Source of the DNA: a virus
Taxonomy: Duplodnaviria > Heunggongvirae > Uroviricota > Caudoviricetes
DNA: 64,000 nucleotides
Virus record (IMG/VR): IMGVR_UViG_3300043467_001216
Strand: one strand, 5' to 3'
The position numbers and the translations under genes are program-made. The notes beneath the pieces are model-generated. The model did not search any database. It saw only the letters and a program-made list of their open reading frames with translations, and was not told the DNA's origin. Below, piece by piece: positions 1 to 9,135 of this stretch; positions within the stretch are counted from its first letter, which is position 1, and every line of letters starts with the position of its first letter.

Positions 1-104
1 GTGCTATTGGTCTTGTTTATGATTATATGATGAAAAACTATGTTAATAAAATGAGTGGTGACATTGATATTGAAATTGAATATGTTGATTCATTCTTTGA
101 ATAA
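1..104 (+). CDS. Hypothetical protein, 5'-partial (...AIGLVYDYMMKNYVNKMSGDIDIEIEYVDSFFE)
   Basis: Open frame from window edge to TAA at 102-104. Confidence 0.6.
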   Translation, partial: AIGLVYDYMMKNYVNKMSGDIDIEIEYVDSFFE

Positions 105-143
105 TTAATTGACTATAAAATTAAAATACTTAAATTTAAAAAT

Positions 144-332
144 ATGATGAACAACGAAAGTAAAGCTAGAATGTATGGTGAGTTATTAAACGAACATACA
201 AGAGTCGGTAATTTAATATCAGAAGTTAAAGCCGAGAATTTTGAAATGAATGATGAACAAAACACAAGAATACGAGTTTTGGAAAATAAGCAGATTCAAA
301 TAATGATGGCAATTAAAAAATTAATGTCATAA
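144..332 (+). CDS. Hypothetical protein
   Basis: 62 aa ORF followed by a terminator. Confidence 0.75.
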   Translation: MMNNESKARMYGELLNEHTRVGNLISEVKAENFEMNDEQNTRIRVLENKQIQIMMAIKKLMS

Positions 333-333
333 C

Positions 334-362
334 AAAAAACCACCTCATCAGGTGGTTTTTTA
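334..362 (+). terminator. Intrinsic terminator
   Basis: AAAAAACCACCT-CATC-AGGTGGTTTTTT. Confidence 0.85.
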
Positions 363-388
363 ATTTAATATTATTTATATTTTAGATT

Positions 389-772
389 ATGAGTTGTAAT
401 ATGTTTAATATGCCGGTTGAGTTAAATTCTACAATGATTTCATATAGAGTGAAATCAGGTAGGAAGATTGATACTCAGATTGGTGGTGTTTATATACACC
501 CACAATCAGTTATATCCGATTTTAACCCTGATGAATTCATTAACGACTTCACCTTATTAATTAATAAAACAATTAAAATCTATTTACGTATTGATGTTGA
601 ATATGATGAATACTATAACCGATTAAACATAACAGTTAATACAACAAAAATGATTGATTGGGATTATATGACTAAAATTGAAAAATGTGCAAATGTTTTA
701 TTAAAATTTAGAGGTAAATACAAAAGACCCCCTATGTGTTTTATTATTGAAAGTTACACACCTGTTGCTTAA
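389..772 (+). CDS. Hypothetical protein
   Basis: 127 aa ORF. Confidence 0.7.
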   Translation: MSCNMFNMPVELNSTMISYRVKSGRKIDTQIGGVYIHPQSVISDFNPDEFINDFTLLINKTIKIYLRIDVEYDEYYNRLNITVNTTKMIDWDYMTKIEKCANVLLKFRGKYKRPPMCFIIESYTPVA

Positions 773-1626
773 ATTTTAGTAGCGTCTTTTAGGATTTCTA
801 ATGCGGTTTTATAATTTTCATCAGACAATACCGATTTAAGATTAACAAAATCACCACCCGATGTTTTAGCCTCCCATTCTTTATCGTTTGTTAATCTATA
901 AGTCCACATTTTATCAGTTTTTAATTTATATTCACCAGGTTTCCAACTCTTAAAAAAATTATCAATAGATAATTTAATTTTATTGTCACTGTCTTTTTTA
1001 ACCACATCATTATTCTTCTTAATTTTCTTTTTAACAAAAGGACCCCCATCGTGAGGTTTGAATCTACTAGGGTTTGTGTATTTGTAAAAGAATTGTCTGA
1101 TGTAGATACCGGTAGGGTTTTTAAAATCAAGAACAAGGGTAAAATCTTTACCACCTGTAACTCTTCTTTTCATACCTTCAATTTGACCTTGGGCTCTTGA
1201 ATCGGCACTACCACCGGCAGACCCGACACTTGAAACCCCGATATATGCGTTACCGTCATCACTTTCATCAATGGTTGCGGACCATTTAACAGTATATGTT
1301 TTTGAATCTACTTGAATTTTTAAATTAGTTATGTCAGGATTAATACCTTCATTCCATAGTTCTTCTAACGCTTGATTAATACTTTTACCTTGATTAAACT
1401 TAATATATGGACTCCATTTAGATGGGGGATTACCGGTTAACATATAACCACCAAATCCGTCAGATATTCTACGGTTGAATGAGTGTAATGCGTCACCTTT
1501 GTTAGGTGCACTATTAGGTACGGTGTATTCACCGCTAATTTTCATTGGTAAGGACATTTTACTTTCAGTAACAATACCCATCATTGTTTTCATTCGATAT
1601 ATTTCTTCGTTTAAAGTATTTTTCAT
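769..1626 (-). CDS. Putative virion protein with LNEEIxRMK N-terminal motif
   Basis: MKNTLNEEIYRMKTMMG; TATTTAT directly upstream. Confidence 0.7.
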   Translation of the reverse strand: MKNTLNEEIYRMKTMMGIVTESKMSLPMKISGEYTVPNSAPNKGDALHSFNRRISDGFGGYMLTGNPPSKWSPYIKFNQGKSINQALEELWNEGINPDITNLKIQVDSKTYTVKWSATIDESDDGNAYIGVSSVGSAGGSADSRAQGQIEGMKRRVTGGKDFTLVLDFKNPTGIYIRQFFYKYTNPSRFKPHDGGPFVKKKIKKNNDVVKKDSDNKIKLSIDNFFKSWKPGEYKLKTDKMWTYRLTNDKEWEAKTSGGDFVNLKSVLSDENYKTALEILKDATKI

Positions 1627-1643
1627 ACTAATAAATATTACTA

Positions 1644-2009
1644 TTAGAAGTAATAATTTGTAATTATACAGTTTGGATTAATATTTGTTAGGTCAGGAAA
1701 TGTAACATTTCCGATATCATTATTGTTTATATGACTAATATGTAATTCTGTGAATAAGTGACAATATTTTTCATATGTTTTTTTACCCCCAATACACCAA
1801 TCGACAATAGTTATATACTCTTCTCTTTCATCAACGATTAGAGTTCTATCTTTGAGTGGTGGTAGTCCGTTAAAAGTTCTGAAACCGACTAATAAAATTT
1901 GATTTAGGGTAAGTTTTTTGAAGTGTTTAAGGTCTTCCGATGATTTCCATAGTAATTTATCGTCTAAACCGATAAAACCAAGGTTATTTACTGCGATTAT
2001 AGCTTTCAT
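1644..2009 (-). CDS. folA: Dihydrofolate reductase
   Basis: IIAV..GFIG...LLW.SSEDLKHFKKLT, GFRTF..LPPL.DR, IGG motifs. Confidence 0.92.
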   Translation of the reverse strand: MKAIIAVNNLGFIGLDDKLLWKSSEDLKHFKKLTLNQILLVGFRTFNGLPPLKDRTLIVDEREEYITIVDWCIGGKKTYEKYCHLFTELHISHINNNDIGNVTFPDLTNINPNCIITNYYF

Positions 2010-2037
2010 TAACCTAATTATAACATATTTATTAGAT

Positions 2038-2469
2038 ATGAAAATAATAATAACAGAAAGTCAGTATAAGAAATTTAAACACTTGTTGGAACAAGATGTT
2101 TATGATGATGAAGAGTATAGTAATGCCGGTTACGGTAATGAGGATTACGGTGTTGCCGATAAAGAAGGTATGGTTTTTAAAACTGAAATTGCTGGAATGC
2201 CGTTAAAACTAACTTACTCACATACCACACAAGTTAGTGAGAATGAATTTGAATATTACTGTGAGGTGGTATTTTATGGTGATGAGTTCTTTGGTGTGTT
2301 TGTTGCCGATAAGAGAGGTTATTTAGTAGACATTGATTTCCCTTCTGTAATTTCAGAAAATGATGAGGACGTTAGATTACAAGACGTATTAAAAGAGATG
2401 GGTAGTAAATATTACTATGAATTCGAACATTGGTTAGATAGTGAGGTAATACCTTCATTAATGGATTAA
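2038..2469 (+). CDS. Hypothetical acidic protein (start re-assigned to MKIIITESQ)
   Basis: ATG 2038 follows TATTTAT; the longer ORF-track start overlaps folA. Confidence 0.75.
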   Translation: MKIIITESQYKKFKHLLEQDVYDDEEYSNAGYGNEDYGVADKEGMVFKTEIAGMPLKLTYSHTTQVSENEFEYYCEVVFYGDEFFGVFVADKRGYLVDIDFPSVISENDEDVRLQDVLKEMGSKYYYEFEHWLDSEVIPSLMD

Positions 2470-2473
2470 GTTT

Positions 2474-3385
2474 ATGAGAGAAAAGATTTACAAAATAATT
2501 GAAAAGGTTGGTCCTTTTAAGGCTGCAAAGTATTTTGGTGGTGTTGAAAAGTTTTTGAAGTTGTTAGAAACTATACCAGGGTCAGATAGTATTAAAGAAC
2601 AATTTAAAGGTAGTTGTAGTGTATCATATGCGACATCTGCTAGTCACCCTGATGCGTATTTCGATTTTTACATATTGGATTATGATATTATAGATGATGA
2701 TTTTGTTGAATTAATTGTTGATATGAAAGTTGATTTTAGTAATCTATCAGGTGAAGAGATATATGAATTAAAAAAATGGTTTGGTGCAGTTGCCGATGAC
2801 CACGGATTTGAAATTTATGACGTTGAAAATCTACCATCACATCAAAATCTATATATTAAATCATTCAATGGTAAACCATATACTTGGCCAGGTTATGATG
2901 TTATAGATGATAATGAAGCTTTCGAATTACTTGATAAGACAGGTAAGTGGGAAGGTTTGATTAGAGAAAGTATTCACGTATTCAAAAATCCAAAAACGGA
3001 TGAAGATAGTGGTTACAAAAAAATGGTTGCGGTTATTAAACATTTAGAAAATAAACCCGGAAATCCTTATACCGACTATACCGACTTAAACCCAAGAATG
3101 AAAATTAAATTTCTAGAATCCGATGAATGGGGAATAAAGGTTTATATTGATATTGAATCTATGGGTGAGTCAGATGAAGAATTTGAGGTTTTTACAAATT
3201 ATGGTGATGAAACACGTAGACATATGAGTAATAGAAACCTTATGAAATTCTGGCATGGTTATAAATTAAATGATGATGAAGATGATACTCATCCATCCTT
3301 TAAAACAATAATTTATAATCGTTTAATTAAATTACGAAATAATATAGGTTTGAAATTTAAATTACGTGTATCAATTCTACCTTAA
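2474..3385 (+). CDS. Hypothetical protein
   Basis: 303 aa ORF. Confidence 0.75.
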   Translation: MREKIYKIIEKVGPFKAAKYFGGVEKFLKLLETIPGSDSIKEQFKGSCSVSYATSASHPDAYFDFYILDYDIIDDDFVELIVDMKVDFSNLSGEEIYELKKWFGAVADDHGFEIYDVENLPSHQNLYIKSFNGKPYTWPGYDVIDDNEAFELLDKTGKWEGLIRESIHVFKNPKTDEDSGYKKMVAVIKHLENKPGNPYTDYTDLNPRMKIKFLESDEWGIKVYIDIESMGESDEEFEVFTNYGDETRRHMSNRNLMKFWHGYKLNDDEDDTHPSFKTIIYNRLIKLRNNIGLKFKLRVSILP

Positions 3386-3387
3386 TT

Positions 3388-3810
3388 ATGAAAATATTAA
3401 TAACAGAAAATAAAGTAAAAAACGTCCTTAAACAAACCGGAGTTGGGAAAACTATTAAACTATTAGGTGGTTGGGAAAACTTTTGCGAAGTATTAAATAT
3501 TGAAACATTAATGGACTTCTTACATCTGTTTGATGATTTGGAACAAGTTAAATCTGAAAAAAAAGAAAATTGGACGTTATTTCGTTATAAAAAAGGTGAA
3601 AACTTAATGGTTTACGATAGAAAAAATGAGGTAGTTCATATCAATTATTATGAAATATGGTCATTTTTGGATGATAAATTTGGTCTTAGTTATTATGAGA
3701 CTCAAAGAATTACACAGGATTGGTTGGATGAGGTCTACAATTTAAGGGGGGTCACAACTGATTGGTCTTTTTTCTCCAATGTGTCGAGTTGGATGAGGTC
3801 TACAATTTAA
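3388..3810 (+). CDS. Tandem paralog 1 (MKILITE...MDFLHLFDDL...WLDEVYNLRGVT family)
   Basis: Clear similarity to the next two ORFs. Confidence 0.85.
   Translation: MKILITENKVKNVLKQTGVGKTIKLLGGWENFCEVLNIETLMDFLHLFDDLEQVKSEKKENWTLFRYKKGENLMVYDRKNEVVHINYYEIWSFLDDKFGLSYYETQRITQDWLDEVYNLRGVTTDWSFFSNVSSWMRSTI
3723..3810 (+). repeat. CRISPR-repeat-like 36-nt unit + 29-nt insert + partial repeat within the gene 3' end
   Basis: GTTGGATGAGGTCTACAATTTAAGGGGGGTCACAAC (3723-3758), insert 3759-3787, first 23 nt repeated exactly at 3788-3810. Confidence 0.7.
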
Positions 3811-3819
3811 AATAAGAGT

Positions 3820-4218
3820 ATGAAAATAATAATAACAGAAAATAAATTAGAGAAAGTTCTTAAACAATTAGGAAGTAAAAAAACTGTTCATATGTTAGGC
3901 GGTTGGGATAATTTTTGTGAACTATTTAATATTGAAAGTCCGATGGACTTCTTACATCTATTTGATGACTTAGAACAAGTTCAATCTGAAGAATATAAAA
4001 ATCAAACATTATTTCGTAACAAAAAAGGTTATAATTATATGGTTTACGATAGAAAAAAAAAGGTTGTTTACATCAATGGTGATGAAATATGGTCGTTTTT
4101 GGGAGGGTGGGGATTCCACCTTAACTTTAATGATATTCAATCACTTATAAAGGTGTGGTTGGATGAGGTTTACAATTTAAGGGGGGTTACAATTTTCAAC
4201 CTCTTCACAGTTAGGTGA
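3820..4218 (+). CDS. Tandem paralog 2
   Basis: MKIIITENK...PMDFLHLFDDL...WLDEVYNLRGVT. Confidence 0.85.
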   Translation: MKIIITENKLEKVLKQLGSKKTVHMLGGWDNFCELFNIESPMDFLHLFDDLEQVQSEEYKNQTLFRNKKGYNYMVYDRKKKVVYINGDEIWSFLGGWGFHLNFNDIQSLIKVWLDEVYNLRGVTIFNLFTVR

Positions 4219-4232
4219 GGTCAACAATTTAA
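4158..4232 (+). repeat. Second repeat-insert-partial repeat unit
   Basis: GTTGGATGAGGTTTACAATTTAAGGGGGGTTACAAT (4158-4193), 16-nt insert, GTTAGGTGAGGTCAACAATTTAA (4210-4232). Confidence 0.65.
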
Positions 4233-4241
4233 AATGAAATT

Positions 4242-4664
4242 ATGAAAGTATTAATAACAGAAAATAAATTAGAGAAAGTTCTTAAAAAAAATGGAACTGT
4301 TAAAGTATTTAAACTACTTGGTAATAGTGGTGAGAACTTTCGTAAAGTTTTCAATATAGAAACCCCAATGGATTTCTTACATCTATTTGATGATTTGGAT
4401 GTGGTTCAATCAGAAAAAGATGAGAATTTAACCTTATTTAGATATCAAGAAGGTGATAATTATATGGTATTAGATGAAAGTTTAGAATACAAAAGGATAT
4501 TTGTAAGTTATGCTAATTTAGTTTGGTTTTTAGAAGATACTTTTGAACTTAACTACCCAGGTCAGTGTGGTCAGGCTATTACTCAATGGTTGGAAGAATC
4601 CTATAATATAACTAATGTTACACCTATACTTTACACAACAAGACAAAATTCAAATATTCTATAA
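4242..4664 (+). CDS. Tandem paralog 3 (more diverged)
   Basis: MKVLITENK...PMDFLHLFDDL...WLEESYNITNVT. Confidence 0.85.
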   Translation: MKVLITENKLEKVLKKNGTVKVFKLLGNSGENFRKVFNIETPMDFLHLFDDLDVVQSEKDENLTLFRYQEGDNYMVLDESLEYKRIFVSYANLVWFLEDTFELNYPGQCGQAITQWLEESYNITNVTPILYTTRQNSNIL

Positions 4665-4741
4665 TATTATGGATATAAAAAATTTAACCCCAAATTATTT
4701 TTAGTTTGGGGTTTTTTGATTAATATTGTAAATAAAAACAA

Positions 4742-5044
4742 ATGAATATGAACTATAGAACACATAACGACGAATACATCAATGTTAATGGTGCATCCCA
4801 CAAAGGTGAATTAGTGACAACTTACGATAAATTAGTTGAGTTATTTGGTGAACCCGGTAAAGGAAGTGCTGATGGTAAAACCGATGTTAGTTGGAAAATA
4901 GAATTTGACAACGGTCAGGTTGGTGAAATATACAATTACAAGAACGGTGCTAAATATGGTAACCCAAATATCGAATCCATAACTGAATGGACTATCGGTG
5001 GATACAAGAGTGAAGTTGTTAAATTAATAACTGATTTATTATGA
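4742..5044 (+). CDS. Hypothetical protein
   Basis: 100 aa ORF after a terminator. Confidence 0.8.
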   Translation: MNMNYRTHNDEYINVNGASHKGELVTTYDKLVELFGEPGKGSADGKTDVSWKIEFDNGQVGEIYNYKNGAKYGNPNIESITEWTIGGYKSEVVKLITDLL

Positions 5045-5301
5045 ATGGTGGTTATATGAGTAGATATGATGCTATAGCTGGTATTATCATTATGATATTA
5101 ATGATATTAGGTGTTGTTTTTATTGTTAAACACGAAGAAAACAAATACAATCATTGTAAGTATTTAATTGTAGATTCACATAAATACCAATATCACGCAA
5201 TAGCGTATAAGGTAATTGATAATTCTTGTATTAGTATGATTAACGAAGACCATAAAAGAGTTATTATTTGTGGACAATACACAATTGAAGAAACAAAATA
5301 A
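5041..5301 (+). CDS. Hypothetical membrane protein
   Basis: N-terminal hydrophobic helix. Confidence 0.75.
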   Translation: MNGGYMSRYDAIAGIIIMILMILGVVFIVKHEENKYNHCKYLIVDSHKYQYHAIAYKVIDNSCISMINEDHKRVIICGQYTIEETK

Positions 5302-5943
5302 ATGAAGAGATTTTTTTTAGTATTATGTTTAATGGTAAGTTTACCATTATTAGGTCAATATAAAGTTGACACAACAATTATAAACGAGGCTTACACGTCT
5401 TACGTTAATAAAGAATTGGGTCAAGCCTTATATGTTAAACACAAACTATATAAAGGTGGTGGTAAGTGTCAAAGAGCCACCAATTGGGTGAACGATACAA
5501 AACTAAAATTAGTTGATGAGAATCAATATAAAGGGACTCTATACGATAAAGGACATTTGGCTAATGCCGAGGACTTTGCTTACGACTGTCATCTTGATTC
5601 TTTAACTTTTAGAGATTATAATAGATTACCACAAACAAGAAAACTTAATAGAGGGATTTGGAAAGTAACTGAAACCCAAATTAGGAAAATGTCTCAAACA
5701 GATTCATTGATTGTTTATAGTGGTGGATATTGGGGAACACCAAATGTTGTTGTAAACGGAATGAAAATCCCTTCAATTTGTTGGAAAGTAGTTTATAGTT
5801 TATCACAAAAAAAAGTGGTTATTTGTTCAATATATTATAATAACGATAAACCTGTGAAAACTGACACTAGTTTAGAAAAACTTGAAATGATGTTAGGATA
5901 TTCATTAGGTGTTTATTCTGAAACCAAAAAAAAGAAAAAATAA
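5302..5943 (+). CDS. Secreted DNA/RNA non-specific endonuclease (NucA/EndA-like)
   Basis: Signal peptide; YDKGHLA and PQTRKLNRGIWKVTE motifs. Confidence 0.85.
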   Translation: MKRFFLVLCLMVSLPLLGQYKVDTTIINEAYTSYVNKELGQALYVKHKLYKGGGKCQRATNWVNDTKLKLVDENQYKGTLYDKGHLANAEDFAYDCHLDSLTFRDYNRLPQTRKLNRGIWKVTETQIRKMSQTDSLIVYSGGYWGTPNVVVNGMKIPSICWKVVYSLSQKKVVICSIYYNNDKPVKTDTSLEKLEMMLGYSLGVYSETKKKKK

Positions 5944-5944
5944 A

Positions 5945-7180
5945 ATGAATAGTTTAGATAAACAATACACAGATTTACTTCAAACCATATTAGATTATGG
6001 GGTTGAAAAGAAAGATAGAACAGGAACGGGAACTAAATCCATTTTTGGTTATACAATCCGTCATAATATGAAAGATGGGTTTCCATTGTTAACTACTAAG
6101 AAAATGTTTTTCAAAGGAATTGTAACTGAATTGTTATGGTTCTTACGTGGTGATACAAACATCAAATTCCTTGTTGATAATGATTGTCATATTTGGGATG
6201 GTGATTGTTTTGCTAACTACATAAAACATAATCCAAACGCAGATGAACAAATGATTAGTGATGCTAGTCATATGGTAAATATAAAAGAATGGTTCATCAA
6301 CAAAATCAAAACAGATACAGAGTTTGCTAAGAAGTGGGGTGAATTAGGTCCCGTGTATGGTAAGCAATGGAGAAGATGGACTAAAAAGAAAATGTATTTA
6401 TCTACGGATGGTTCATATGAAAAAATCTTTGATGAAATGGACCAAACAGTTATTGACCAAATCTCTATCTTAATCAACGAACTTAAAACAAACCCAGACT
6501 CAAGACGATTGATGGTTAATGCGTGGAATGTAGGTGAATTGGACCAAATGACTTTACCACCTTGTCATTATGGATTTCAAGTTTATACTAGAGAGTTGAG
6601 TGATGAGGAAAGAATTAAGTTATTTGTTAAACTGCATAACCCAAAAGGATATGAAGATGAGAAAATAACTAATACAGTTCAAGAGATATTAACTATGAAC
6701 AATATTCCTAAACGAGCAATCTCTTTAATGTGGAATCAACGTTCTGTAGATACATTCTTAGGTTTACCATTCAACATTGCATCATATGGTTTATTACTTG
6801 AAATCATAGCTAAAGCTGTTAATATGGTTCCCGACCAATTAATCGGAAACTTAGGTGATACTCACTTATACTTAGACCATATTGAACAAGCCAAAGAACA
6901 GATTGGTAGAGAGTTAAGGGTTGATGAAAGAGTTTGTATGTGTTATGAAAACCATAAATTGGATTTAAGTAAATTACAAGAAGGTATGAGTGATGATGAA
7001 TTCACAAAAGTATGTGATGAGTTCGGTATCCCAACACGAACAAGAGTTCCATTTGAATTACCTAAATTGGATATTCACCCTGGTATTTTAGATTATGATT
7101 TAGATAAATTAGAAATAGATATGTTTACTATTAAAAATTACCAATCACATCCAACAATTAAAGCCCCACTGTCAAACTAA
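5945..7180 (+). CDS. thyA: Thymidylate synthase (with insertions)
   Basis: DRTGTGT, ELLWFLRG, LPPCH, QRSVD.FLGLPFNIASY, GDTHLY. Confidence 0.97.
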   Translation: MNSLDKQYTDLLQTILDYGVEKKDRTGTGTKSIFGYTIRHNMKDGFPLLTTKKMFFKGIVTELLWFLRGDTNIKFLVDNDCHIWDGDCFANYIKHNPNADEQMISDASHMVNIKEWFINKIKTDTEFAKKWGELGPVYGKQWRRWTKKKMYLSTDGSYEKIFDEMDQTVIDQISILINELKTNPDSRRLMVNAWNVGELDQMTLPPCHYGFQVYTRELSDEERIKLFVKLHNPKGYEDEKITNTVQEILTMNNIPKRAISLMWNQRSVDTFLGLPFNIASYGLLLEIIAKAVNMVPDQLIGNLGDTHLYLDHIEQAKEQIGRELRVDERVCMCYENHKLDLSKLQEGMSDDEFTKVCDEFGIPTRTRVPFELPKLDIHPGILDYDLDKLEIDMFTIKNYQSHPTIKAPLSN

Positions 7181-8011
7181 ATGAAGTTTTTAATTAACAT
7201 ATTTAAGAATAATAAATCTTCTCTACTGATAATATATGTTTATATGTTAGTAGCACATTCTATTTTTTTATGTGAACCATACATTATTGGTAAAACAATT
7301 GATGGTTTAATCCATAAAGATTATATGTGGGTATACGTGTTAATATCTGTTGAGATTTTTGCGAATTTTTTCATATACAGAAGAATGGTCTTTGATACCA
7401 AAGTTTATAGTAAAATTTATAATAATTTGGTTATTGAATATCTTGAGTCAGATAAAACATCTGACAAATCTTCAAGAAATGCAAGAACTGAAATGGCTCA
7501 AAACATAATTAATTTTATGGAGAACGATGTTCAATATATCATAATGTCATTTGTGTCAATTATTGGTTCTTTGTTTTTTATATTGTTTGAACATATATTA
7601 ACAGGGTTTATTGTTTTTTTCGCATTCATTCCGATTAGTTTTGTTGTTTATTTTTTGTATAAAAAGATTGCTCAAGGGATTAGGGTTAGTAATTCACACT
7701 ATGAACGTAAAATTGATGTTATTAATAGTGAAGATGAACAGAGTATTAATCAGTTCTTAAAACGAAGAAGAGACTTAGTTATATTCAATTCAACATTACA
7801 AGCCAAAAATTGGGTATCAATGAATGTTATTAAGGGGTCTTTTTTAATAATTTGTTTAATTGTGTTTACACATAGTAAAACGAATTTAAGTCAAGGACAA
7901 GCTATAGCAATGTTTTCATATATTAATCAATTTTTAATATCATTAATGTCTATTCCAATCGCGGTTGAAATATGTTCAAGAATAAAAGACATAATTAAAA
8001 GAATTAGTTAA
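7181..8011 (+). CDS. ABC-transporter transmembrane-domain-like protein (no ATPase)
   Basis: About 6 hydrophobic segments, PYIIGKTIDGL motif. Confidence 0.65.
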   Translation: MKFLINIFKNNKSSLLIIYVYMLVAHSIFLCEPYIIGKTIDGLIHKDYMWVYVLISVEIFANFFIYRRMVFDTKVYSKIYNNLVIEYLESDKTSDKSSRNARTEMAQNIINFMENDVQYIIMSFVSIIGSLFFILFEHILTGFIVFFAFIPISFVVYFLYKKIAQGIRVSNSHYERKIDVINSEDEQSINQFLKRRRDLVIFNSTLQAKNWVSMNVIKGSFLIICLIVFTHSKTNLSQGQAIAMFSYINQFLISLMSIPIAVEICSRIKDIIKRIS

Positions 8012-8034
8012 ATTAATTTCTTATATTTGAATAT

Positions 8035-8268
8035 ATGAAGACGAGGATTCACGTTAATCAACATCATATCAGGTCAAATAAGACAAAAGATACCGATTTA
8101 CCGGTAATAACGATAAAACAAGGACGTAAGAACACGTATTGTAATGAAGTTGAGATACTTGGTCCAAGTAAGATAATATATTGTGGTAGTGGGGATAAAA
8201 AACCCATATTAAGTTGTGGTGCAAGAGTGGTAATAGAAACAGAAAGTGAAATCAAAATAATAAGTTAA
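8035..8268 (+). CDS. Hypothetical protein
   Basis: IHVNQH..LSCGARV; TATATTTG promoter upstream. Confidence 0.75.
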   Translation: MKTRIHVNQHHIRSNKTKDTDLPVITIKQGRKNTYCNEVEILGPSKIIYCGSGDKKPILSCGARVVIETESEIKIIS

Positions 8269-8271
8269 ACT

Positions 8272-8568
8272 ATGAAGAAGAAAGAAGTAAGTTTGTTGAA
8301 AAAGAAATTCCCAAGTATTGAATTGTTGAATTCAGAGGGCCCTATTTTAAAAACGTTTAAAACACAAGATGGTTATATGATGATTGACGAACATCAAGAG
8401 TTAATAGCAATCTTAAACGACAAAAACATATACAATTATGTTAGTGGGAAACTTAGTTTAATTGATTCCGAAGGTAGAGATTTAAAATACGATATTTACC
8501 CAATTAGTATGAAACCTGAGTTAGGTAAGATATGTGAGTTTTTAGGTATTGACGGTTTAATTTTTTAA
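8272..8568 (+). CDS. Hypothetical protein
   Basis: 98 aa ORF. Confidence 0.7.
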   Translation: MKKKEVSLLKKKFPSIELLNSEGPILKTFKTQDGYMMIDEHQELIAILNDKNIYNYVSGKLSLIDSEGRDLKYDIYPISMKPELGKICEFLGIDGLIF

Positions 8569-8569
8569 T

Positions 8570-9124
8570 ATGAAGTTGTTAATTTTTTTATTGTTGATTA
8601 GTTCGACAATTTTTTCGCAAGATGTTGTGTATGAAAGATTTTATAAATACAGTTATAACGTTAATAATACTATTATAACAACTAGTGATTATGAAGTGGA
8701 ATCTGAGGAAGCTTTTGAATGTCTCCAAAATGGTAATTATATTCAAATAACAACTGATATAAATATAAATTTTTATTTGTCAGACACATTAACTAATTTA
8801 TTTGTTAAAGGTAAAAGTGTTAACAAAAAATTAGTTATGAAAACATTAAGTTATATGGTAAATAACATAACTATTGATTCTACAACTAATTTGTTTTATA
8901 AAGAAGTTGAGAACACTTGTTATAGTTGTAAACATTCAATTATTACAGAATTATTATCCGATTGTGAGTTAGTTAAACGATTTAATAATGATGGTGTTAC
9001 TAAAATTGTTGTGACATACGTTCAATTAAAAAGTAAAAGTGGACGATATGGTTGTATATATGTTGTTATCCACAAAAGATTTCGTAAGGATGAACAATTT
9101 CTTTATATTGATGATATGAAATAA
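8570..9124 (+). CDS. Hypothetical secreted protein
   Basis: Signal-peptide-like N-terminus ending FSQ. Confidence 0.7.
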   Translation: MKLLIFLLLISSTIFSQDVVYERFYKYSYNVNNTIITTSDYEVESEEAFECLQNGNYIQITTDININFYLSDTLTNLFVKGKSVNKKLVMKTLSYMVNNITIDSTTNLFYKEVENTCYSCKHSIITELLSDCELVKRFNNDGVTKIVVTYVQLKSKSGRYGCIYVVIHKRFRKDEQFLYIDDMK

Positions 9125-9135
9125 AAAAACCCCCA

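Noticed and set aside
3723-4232. Calling a bona fide CRISPR array
   Set aside because: Only one full and one partial repeat per gene, inside CDS, with no cas genes in the window; kept as a CRISPR-like repeat finding
5945-7180. Intein or intron in thyA
   Set aside because: The insertions are short and in frame, and lack intein C/S...HN motifs or intron signatures
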